Translations under genes and position numbers: made by a program
In this document: positions 1 through 6,849 of the stretch, in pieces
Layout of the letters: each line of letters starts with the position of its first letter
How positions within the stretch are numbered: the stretch's first letter is position 1
The notes under the pieces: generated by a model
The model's input: the letters and a program-made list of their open reading frames with translations, nothing else
Told to the model about the DNA's origin: nothing
The model's database searches: none
Assembly: GCA_964649975.1 (NCBI GenBank)
Contig: CAZYSM010000007.1
Span: forward strand, 1,042-65,041
DNA: 64,000 nucleotides
Origin: an uncultured Bacteroidales bacterium
Lineage (GTDB): Bacteria > Bacteroidota > Bacteroidia > Bacteroidales > S143-33
Direction of reading: 5' to 3'

Positions 1-2501
1 ACAATCTCGTCCAGATTGCGCTCCATAAATAGAATTTTGTAAACGTGTTTGTCCGGAAGGTAAGGCAAGAGATGAGACACGATTTTTACGGCTTTGCCAG
101 AGAGATTGTCAAGGAAATCAGACTGTTGTGCGATTTTTTTCACAGCTTCGTGTTCGTAATATCCGCGCGGATTGTTCTCATCTTTTTCCCGTTTATGGTC
201 AGTGAAAATTTCTATTCCTGCCTGCTCAAGGATTTGCATCATCAAGGAAGTGCCAGAACGTGGAATTCCACTGACCACTATGATTGGATCTTTATCCGAT
301 GCCTGTGCAATGGCTTTTGTTTCTGGCTTTACGCGTAAGTCATCCGGCTGGTCTAATATCTGTTCCTGAAAATCTGAAATAAATTCCTGCGGAGAGGTGA
401 AGTATTTTCTGTGATGTTCGGCTTTTTCTGGATTGTTAAGATGTTTTTCATACAGGTCAATGAGGATGTTCCTTGCCCGGGTGAAGTTGGGAGCAATTAA
501 CAGAGTGACTTCCAGAGCCAGAGCTGCACGTTCATATTCGCCAAGTTCTTTGAGCGTCAGTCCCAGGAGATACTGTGTGCGGTAATTGTAATAAAGCAAT
601 GTGGCGGACTGTAAAAGATAGTCCAGAGCCAGTTGGTAATGGTTTTGCAAAAAAGCTACATAGCCAAGCTGATAAAGGACATTGGCATTTTCCGGGTCAA
701 GGTCATAGGCTTGTTGCAGGAATTTTTCCGCACTGGCAAAATCTTTTTTCAAAATGTAAATCTCTGCAATCTTGCTAAGAAAATCCGGATTAGGGATGAT
801 TTTTTCCTTTATCCCCAGGAGTAGGTCCAGAGCTTTGTTGTATTCTTTCTGATCGCTGTATAACGAGGCTTTGAAAATATCGGACAGATATTTATCCTTT
901 CTTGCGCCCTGTAATGCACGGCGTTTGTCAGATAGACGTTCTTGCAGTCGGGACAGTTCCTTTTCGTCTTTATCCTTGCTTTGGTGCAATTGCTGGATTT
1001 TACCAGAAAGTTCGGAAATTTCTTTTGTCAGATTGTCGGTATATTCTGCTAATTTCTGGTCAAAGGTCTTTATAACATCCCATGCACGGTCAGGGTCGGA
1101 TAATCTTTCGTAGCAGGTAGCCAGACGGATAGCAAACCTGCCCAGATGCGGTTCCTGGTCAAAGAGGTCCTGCAATATCAAAGCTGCTTTGTCAAAGAGA
1201 TTGGCAAACATATAAGAGCGAGCCAGATTGTAATTAAGCTCTCTCTGGGTCTTTTGTGCTGCCCGGAAACCGTCGCTGTCAGGTTTTTCAATGTAGCCCA
1301 GGTCAATGAGCTGTTGGAGAATTTCTGCCCGGTCGTAATTACTCTCAGCTGCGGATTTATTGTGGCGTCCGTCCTGCCCGGGGATTTTGTCCCAGGACGG
1401 AACAGTTTTTATTTCCGTGGGCTGGCGGAAAGCATTGACAAGCGGAACTCCGTCCATATCCTGTCCCACAGGCAATCCGTAGGCGTAAAGTATTGTAGGC
1501 GTTATATCCAGCAAAGATGCCCCGTAGATGCGTTCGTCTTGCTTGAACAGAGGTCCGTGCAAAAGCAAAATTCCGTAGTTACGGTGCTGGTAAGCCGGTC
1601 CGGCCGGCTCGGACGGAACAGCACGGGGACGCAGATGGTCAGAATGAAATCCGTGGTCCGAGAGCAAAATCAGATTTACATCATCGCCGGCAAGGTCCAG
1701 CAAAGCCCCGAGCATATAATCCTGCAAAATGTATGTGCCTTCCACAACCTGATTGAAAAGTTCATAATCCTCCTCTGGAATGTGCGGAAGCCGTGGCGGA
1801 TAATATTGCATAAATCCGTGGGACATGTGGTCAATGATGTCATAATAAACAGCCATAAATTCCCAAGAGGTGTTTTCCATTAGCCAAGTGGCCACGTTAT
1901 GCACGGAAAAGGTTGTGGCAAGGTTTTCGGTTATTCCTTGCAGACGTTTGGGATTTTTTTCCAGAATTTCCCTTGCCTGTGGCACGAGTGGCAATAGCAT
2001 CTCGCCGGAAATTTCTGGCAGGAGCAACCGCAGATGATTGAAAAATTCTGCAAATTCCGGCGGATGCACTGTTCCCTGCGGTAGAGGTTGGAATTTGAAA
2101 TCCTTAATTGCCTTGAAAAAGTTTGAAACCATAAAGCCATTTATAGGCTCTGCTGGATGCGAGGGCCACCAGTTAACCACATTGCAGAAATAACCATTTT
2201 GCGTCAGGATATTCCACACGGCTTTTGTCTTGCGTGAGAGCGAGGAAATTGGCTGCACTCCGCTCATATCTGCCAGAGGTTCGGAAAATCCCAGTACTCC
2301 GTGCTTGAATGGATATTTTCCTGTGGCAATGGTTGTCCAAAGCATAGGCGAGAACGGAGGATCAAGGGTGGCAATGTTCCCTATGGTACCAGAGTCAATC
2401 ACACGGGCAATAGTAGGCATTTTGCCCTGTTCCACCAGACGGTTAATAACTTTCCAGTCTGCACCGTCCCATCCCACAACGAGTAATTTAGTCTTTTTCA
2501 T
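1..2501 (-). CDS. Alkaline-phosphatase-superfamily (type I phosphodiesterase/nucleotide pyrophosphatase-like) - TPR - sulfotransferase fusion protein; 3' end runs off the window
   Basis: Not in the supplied ORF track because it is open at the window edge. My reverse-complement read from the ATG at 2501-2499 gives MKKTKLLVVGWDGADWKVINRLVEQGKMPT... Metal-ligand-type motifs IIDHMSHGF (about 1815-1840) and LLSDHGFHS (about 1640-1665) are present. TPR-like helical repeats span about 350-1100. A PAPS-binding-type loop VVSGIPRSGTSLMMQIL lies at about 240-290; I checked that it is in frame with the start. No minus-strand ORF starting at 2501 is listed, which fits an ORF with no stop inside the window. 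Confidence 0.75.
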   Translation of the reverse strand, partial: MKKTKLLVVGWDGADWKVINRLVEQGKMPTIARVIDSGTIGNIATLDPPFSPMLWTTIATGKYPFKHGVLGFSEPLADMSGVQPISSLSRKTKAVWNILTQNGYFCNVVNWWPSHPAEPINGFMVSNFFKAIKDFKFQPLPQGTVHPPEFAEFFNHLRLLLPEISGEMLLPLVPQAREILEKNPKRLQGITENLATTFSVHNVATWLMENTSWEFMAVYYDIIDHMSHGFMQYYPPRLPHIPEEDYELFNQVVEGTYILQDYMLGALLDLAGDDVNLILLSDHGFHSDHLRPRAVPSEPAGPAYQHRNYGILLLHGPLFKQDERIYGASLLDITPTILYAYGLPVGQDMDGVPLVNAFRQPTEIKTVPSWDKIPGQDGRHNKSAAESNYDRAEILQQLIDLGYIEKPDSDGFRAAQKTQRELNYNLARSYMFANLFDKAALILQDLFDQEPHLGRFAIRLATCYERLSDPDRAWDVIKTFDQKLAEYTDNLTKEISELSGKIQQLHQSKDKDEKELSRLQERLSDKRRALQGARKDKYLSDIFKASLYSDQKEYNKALDLLLGIKEKIIPNPDFLSKIAEIYILKKDFASAEKFLQQAYDLDPENANVLYQLGYVAFLQNHYQLALDYLLQSATLLYYNYRTQYLLGLTLKELGEYERAALALEVTLLIAPNFTRARNILIDLYEKHLNNPEKAEHHRKYFTSPQEFISDFQEQILDQPDDLRVKPETKAIAQASDKDPIIVVSGIPRSGTSLMMQILEQAGIEIFTDHKREKDENNPRGYYEHEAVKKIAQQSDFLDNLSGKAVKIVSHLLPYLPDKHVYKILFMERNLDEI

Positions 2502-2751
2502 TGTCCTGATCCTTTTGGTGTGGAAACGGCGGGATAATCAAATGCTCATTATCAAAGCGCCATCCACGGGCTTTGCGGAGTGCAATGGTGGCTTTATAGC
2601 CCAGAGCCATGAGAGAAAGGCTGCCCGCAGGCGTTATAGGGATTTCTTTACCGTCCGGGGTAATGAACCTGTAATCTTTTTCATACAGGTCTTTTAGCAA
2701 TTGTATGGTTAAGGTGTCAGTCATAGTTATATAAGAAATTTTTATAAGCAC
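2488..2751 (-). CDS. small hypothetical protein (87 aa; alternative start at 2724 giving MTDTLTIQ...)
   Basis: ORF track. Its last 14 nt overlap the ATG of the downstream fusion gene (2501), suggesting translational coupling. Its base composition resembles the downstream gene rather than the AT-rich upstream TIR gene. I recognise no family. Confidence 0.5.
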   Translation of the reverse strand: MLIKISYITMTDTLTIQLLKDLYEKDYRFITPDGKEIPITPAGSLSLMALGYKATIALRKARGWRFDNEHLIIPPFPHQKDQDNEKD

Positions 2752-2787
2752 AGGAAAATTAGCTGGTTTGTTATTATGAGTTTTCAG

Positions 2788-4323
2788 TTAGTATTGCTTT
2801 ATTAATTCTTCTATTTTATTGAGTTTGTAAATTTTTTCGTCTATTAATGTTATTTGTTTTTGTGTTGGATAGGATAAATTTTGTTTCAGGAACAGAAGTA
2901 TCCTTTTTGCTTTTTCGTATTGATGTTGTCTGACTAATTGATTGGTATAGTTGATGTAATAGGCTACATACCGATTGTTTAACCTGTGAATGAAATCGTA
3001 TAAGATGATTTTTTTTGCTTGCGGAATATTTTTTAAAGAGATGAGAAAAGTAATTTTATTAAAAAGGGTTTTATGCGTTTGAGGATTGAATTTTCCGGAT
3101 TTTAAATAAATATCCACTTCTGTTTTTAAGTTGTTAACGGCCAGTATATAGGTAGAGTCCAGTTTATACTTCAATATTTTGTTTTGTTCCGGGCTGAGGC
3201 CAGTGTTTTCAAGATTAGTAAGTATTTCAAGGCTTTTGGTGTAGTTTTGATTATTGGAATAATAGTCAGCCAGGGCTAATGTTTTACGGAAATATTCATT
3301 GTTTAGCCCGGTGCTAACCTGTGTTGATGACCTGCTTTTTTCCTTAATGTGGGAGGTGCTGTAAAAACGGTAACCTGCTATTGATAAAATCACAATTAGA
3401 ACTAAGAAAATTATTGCTAAAAAGATAAGGAAATATTTTTTCGTAATATTTGCAGCTTGAGTTTTGTCCTGAGATAATGGGTTTTCAGATGATTTTGATT
3501 TTTTCTCTAATCTGTATAATAATTTTTTGGCTTTTTGATATTTTTCTTCAATTTCCTCTGAATGTCTGTGATTTAAAGCTTCTTTGAAGTATTTAACAGC
3601 TGTTTTGTAGTTTTTTTGTTCCAGGGCTTTTTCGGCTGTTTCTATATTTTTGTGGTATAAGATTTCTTCATTGCATATATGTATTTGTTCCCTTACGTAG
3701 TCTAAATCAGGTTCAAATCCGTCTTGATATAATTTTATAGCCTCTCTGTAAGTTTTTATAGCTTCGTGATATTTTTTTAGAGAAAAAAGAAATGCTGCTT
3801 TTTTTATAAGGTCTAAATATTGTTCCTGGATAGACATATTTTTATCTTCTTGTGAATCAGTGAAAATGGCTTCTTCTTTGTTTAGAGTAATATTGTGGCC
3901 GTTTGGTATAAAAATCTCCTCTATTTCTTTGATTATTTGATATAATGCGAGTTCTGTATTGCCCCAGTATTTATCTGTAACAGGAATTTTATTTTCAGGT
4001 TTTACATCCAGCTTTGCTATAATGGTATTTTCCCAATAGCAGGGTTCTAATAAAATGGCTATTGCCTTAATCTGACGGCCATTTATAAGGTTTTTCAGAA
4101 AATCTTTTTCTAAAAATCCGGAAGTTATGAAATCAACGCTTATTAATAGAAATAAAACATCCGGCCTGTTTTCAAATTCTTTTAAATTTATTTCGTTTTC
4201 AACTATAATCTGGTAGTATGAAAAAGATAAATTATTATTAAGTTCAAAAGCTTTTAAATGTTTTAAAAATCTGTGATATAAATATTTATTTTCTTGAGAA
4301 TAAGCTATAAAAATTCTTCTCAT
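2788..4323 (-). CDS. TIR-domain single-pass membrane protein (N-terminal TIR, TPR-like helical repeats, one TM helix, helical C-terminal domain)
   Basis: The N-terminus has the TIR_2-like pattern: RIFIAYSQEN..., DVLFLLISVDFITSGFLEKDFL (a conserved Glu candidate) and IKAIAILLEPCYWENT. Repeats such as YHEAIKTYREAIKLY and YKTAVKYFKEALNH follow. A hydrophobic segment FLIFLAIIFLVLIVILSIAGY is encoded at about 3372-3437. The C-terminal 190 aa are helical and TPR-like. Confidence 0.7.
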   Translation of the reverse strand: MRRIFIAYSQENKYLYHRFLKHLKAFELNNNLSFSYYQIIVENEINLKEFENRPDVLFLLISVDFITSGFLEKDFLKNLINGRQIKAIAILLEPCYWENTIIAKLDVKPENKIPVTDKYWGNTELALYQIIKEIEEIFIPNGHNITLNKEEAIFTDSQEDKNMSIQEQYLDLIKKAAFLFSLKKYHEAIKTYREAIKLYQDGFEPDLDYVREQIHICNEEILYHKNIETAEKALEQKNYKTAVKYFKEALNHRHSEEIEEKYQKAKKLLYRLEKKSKSSENPLSQDKTQAANITKKYFLIFLAIIFLVLIVILSIAGYRFYSTSHIKEKSRSSTQVSTGLNNEYFRKTLALADYYSNNQNYTKSLEILTNLENTGLSPEQNKILKYKLDSTYILAVNNLKTEVDIYLKSGKFNPQTHKTLFNKITFLISLKNIPQAKKIILYDFIHRLNNRYVAYYINYTNQLVRQHQYEKAKRILLFLKQNLSYPTQKQITLIDEKIYKLNKIEELIKQY

Positions 4324-4434
4324 AAACTTCTATGTCTCTGTGAATTAATGAAATAATCAGAATAAAATTGCATTTTGGAATAGATAAAGGTAAAATTTAA
4401 TTCTATTTTAATGAAAAATTTTTTATGGAATTAT

Positions 4435-4442
4435 TATTTTTG
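4435..4442 (+). promoter_or_regulatory. candidate Bacteroidota -7 promoter element (TAnnTTTG) upstream of the ParM-like gene
   Basis: tatttttg lies 39 nt upstream of the ATG at 4481. I saw no clear -33 TTTG at the expected spacing. Confidence 0.3.
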
Positions 4443-4480
4443 TCTATTAGGATTGGTATCAAAAACAAAATTTTACGAAT

Positions 4481-5506
4481 ATGGAAAATTTTAAAACAAT
4501 TATTTTTCCCAGCGTGTTTGAGCGTCATAATTCTGAATTGGATAAAGTGGCAGATAACTTATTGGATGGTCTGAAAATATTTCTCAATGGTGAGGCTTAT
4601 ATTATAGGCAATTTAGCTTTTTCCGAAGGATTAAATCCACACCGGACAATAAACAGCTCACCTGATGACCTTGATTACAATTTGTTTTTGTATGCAGCTC
4701 TGTTGTTGATAGATAATCAGGAAAACCGGCCTGTTTACCTGACTACCGGTTTCCCTTTTTCTACTTATAGGATTAATAAAGAACTTGCCGAGAAAATTAT
4801 AAAAGGTAAGCATATTATTGATTATGACGCCTCTACTTTTAGTGATAAGATGAAACTAAGTAAGGAGGTTAATGTTGCCAAGGTTGATATTCTGCCAGAG
4901 TTGCAGGGTAGTATTCTTGGTTTGAGAAAAGGCAAGAAAAAGGTTTCAGGAAATTTCTTTATAGTGAGCATTGGCTATGGTACTTTTGAAGCGGCTTTGA
5001 GCACTCCCAGCGGTATTGTGCAAAGAACAGCTGTTAGCACAAAAGGTATAGTCTATGCTATTGATATGCTTATTAAGGAGCTGGAAAAAAGTTATTATCT
5101 GGGATTGAAAACCAAACAGCAAATAGATAATTTCTTTCAGAGGGATTACATTATTTTGAACAGAAAGAGGATTGACATCCGGAAAATGAAGAGTGAGGTA
5201 CTTAATTCTTACTATGAAAATGTTATCTCTCCTGAGTTGAGAACAGCTTTTACGGATATTGATTTTGCCAAGGCCAATAAAATGTATATAACGGGTGGAG
5301 GAGCATTATACCCGGATTTGATAGATAATTTTTATACTGAGTTTGGTGAGATTGTTGATATTGAAGTAGTAGAAAATCCTTTGACTTTGGCCAGTGAAGG
5401 ATTTTTCTTGAACTCGCTGGAGAAAAAAGATGTTCTGGAAATACCTGTGGGGCTGGATATTGGTAATTCTAATACAGTATTGACAGTGTCAGATGTAAAA
5501 ATATAA
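4481..5506 (+). CDS. ParM/StbA-like actin-fold (ASKHA) ATPase, atypical: phosphate-1 motif located at the C-terminus
   Basis: Motifs occur in ParM-like order: KTIIFPSVF, NGEAYIIGNLA, TTGFPFSTY, ILPELQGS, FFIVSIGYGTFEA (phosphate-2-like), MYITGGGALY (adenosine motif). The C-terminal PVGLDIGNSNTVLTV (5447-5488) is phosphate-1-like. An in-frame TAG at 4448-4450 excludes an N-terminal extension. Confidence 0.75.
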   Translation: MENFKTIIFPSVFERHNSELDKVADNLLDGLKIFLNGEAYIIGNLAFSEGLNPHRTINSSPDDLDYNLFLYAALLLIDNQENRPVYLTTGFPFSTYRINKELAEKIIKGKHIIDYDASTFSDKMKLSKEVNVAKVDILPELQGSILGLRKGKKKVSGNFFIVSIGYGTFEAALSTPSGIVQRTAVSTKGIVYAIDMLIKELEKSYYLGLKTKQQIDNFFQRDYIILNRKRIDIRKMKSEVLNSYYENVISPELRTAFTDIDFAKANKMYITGGGALYPDLIDNFYTEFGEIVDIEVVENPLTLASEGFFLNSLEKKDVLEIPVGLDIGNSNTVLTVSDVKI

Positions 5507-5513
5507 TAAAAGA

Positions 5514-5552
5514 CAAAAAAGGCGGGGCAGCCTTGATGCCCCGCCTTTTTTA
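5514..5552. terminator. bidirectional rho-independent terminator between the ParM-like gene (+) and sufS (-)
   Basis: Perfect 9-bp stem ggcggggca (5521-5529) / tgccccgcc (5537-5545), flanked by an A-run upstream and a T-run downstream. Confidence 0.8.
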
Positions 5553-5553
5553 T

Positions 5554-6777
5554 TTATACCAGCATTTGTTTTGCTTTTTTTACAGCTTCAATAAAACGGT
5601 CAATTTCCTCAAAGGTGTTGTACATAGCAAAGCTGGCGCGTGCTGTACCCGGGATGCCCAGACGATACATCAAAGGATGTGTGCAGTGTTTACCTGTGCG
5701 CACAGCAATGCCCATCTGGTCAAGTATCATGCCTACGTCATTGTTATGAGCGCCCTCTATGTTAAATGAAAGCACACTGATTTTATTATCTTCTTTTGTA
5801 GCATATACGGTAATGCCCTCTATTTCCTGTATTTTATCAATGGCATAGTTAAGCAATTGTTTTTCATATTCTTCAATGTTATCCATGCCTATTGCGGAAA
5901 TATAGTCAATTGCAGCTCCCAGACTAATAGCTCCGGCATAGTTTGTTGTTCCGGCTTCAAATTTCAGAGGCAGGTCCTGGAAGATTGTTTTTTCCAGTGT
6001 AACGTCTTTAATCATATCACCACCGAACTGATAAGGAGGCAGTTTTTCCAGCCATTGTTCTTTGCCATAGATTACTCCTATTCCTGTTTCTGCATATATT
6101 TTATGTCCGGAGAATGCAAGGAAATCGCAATCAAGTTCCTGGACATTAATTTTTTCGTGCTGTATGGATTGCGCAGCATCAATAAGCACAGGTACACCCT
6201 GGTTGTGAGCATAGTCAATGAATTTTTTTATCGGGTTGATAGTGCCCAGGCTGTTTGATACGTGTGGAAGTGCAACAATTTTTGTTTTTTCCGAGAACAA
6301 TTTTTTATAGGCCTCAAAGTCCAGCTGATAATCCTCTGTAATTGGTACGGCTTTAAGTTTGGCACCTTTTAACAGAGCTATTTGTTGCCAGGGAACAATA
6401 TTAGCGTGATGGTCCATTTCGCTAATAATTATTTCATCACCTTCAGAGATAAAAGCCTGGGCAAAGGTAGTGGCGATGAGGTTTATACTTTCGGTAGTTC
6501 CTCGGGTAAATATTATTTCGTAATCGTTTGCAGCGCCAATGAAATTTTTGACTTTTTTGCGAGCCTGTTCATATAAATCTGTAGATAAATTACTTAGATA
6601 ATGTACTCCGCGGTGGATGTTTGCATTTTTATGCTTATAAAAGTCAGCAACTGCTTCAATTACCTGAATGGGCTTTTGAGTAGTAGCAGCATTGTCCAGA
6701 TATACCAGTGGATATCCATTTACCTGCTGATGAAGCACCGGAAAGTCCTGGCGGATTTTGTTTACATCAAGTTTCAT
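5554..6777 (-). CDS. sufS: cysteine desulfurase, SufS-type (class V aminotransferase)
   Basis: Motifs LVYLDNAATTQKP, HHANIVPW, FSGHKIY (PLP Lys) and RTGKHCTHPL (catalytic Cys loop). Confidence 0.9.
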   Translation of the reverse strand: MKLDVNKIRQDFPVLHQQVNGYPLVYLDNAATTQKPIQVIEAVADFYKHKNANIHRGVHYLSNLSTDLYEQARKKVKNFIGAANDYEIIFTRGTTESINLIATTFAQAFISEGDEIIISEMDHHANIVPWQQIALLKGAKLKAVPITEDYQLDFEAYKKLFSEKTKIVALPHVSNSLGTINPIKKFIDYAHNQGVPVLIDAAQSIQHEKINVQELDCDFLAFSGHKIYAETGIGVIYGKEQWLEKLPPYQFGGDMIKDVTLEKTIFQDLPLKFEAGTTNYAGAISLGAAIDYISAIGMDNIEEYEKQLLNYAIDKIQEIEGITVYATKEDNKISVLSFNIEGAHNNDVGMILDQMGIAVRTGKHCTHPLMYRLGIPGTARASFAMYNTFEEIDRFIEAVKKAKQMLV

Positions 6778-6849
6778 GGCAGCTTTTTTTTGACTAAAAT
6801 AAAATTTTAGACTTTATTCCGAAAAGTTCTGAAAATGTTTTACAATATT

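Noticed and set aside
2230-2697. A 155-aa plus-strand ORF spanning the junction of the 87-aa ORF and the fusion gene.
   Set aside because: It is antisense to the well-supported N-terminal phosphodiesterase domain (MKKTKLLVVGWDGADW...) and carries no motifs.
5533-5769. A 78-aa plus-strand ORF starting inside the terminator after the ParM-like gene.
   Set aside because: It lies wholly antisense to the 3' end of sufS, begins within the terminator hairpin and has a hydrophobic, nonsense-like sequence.
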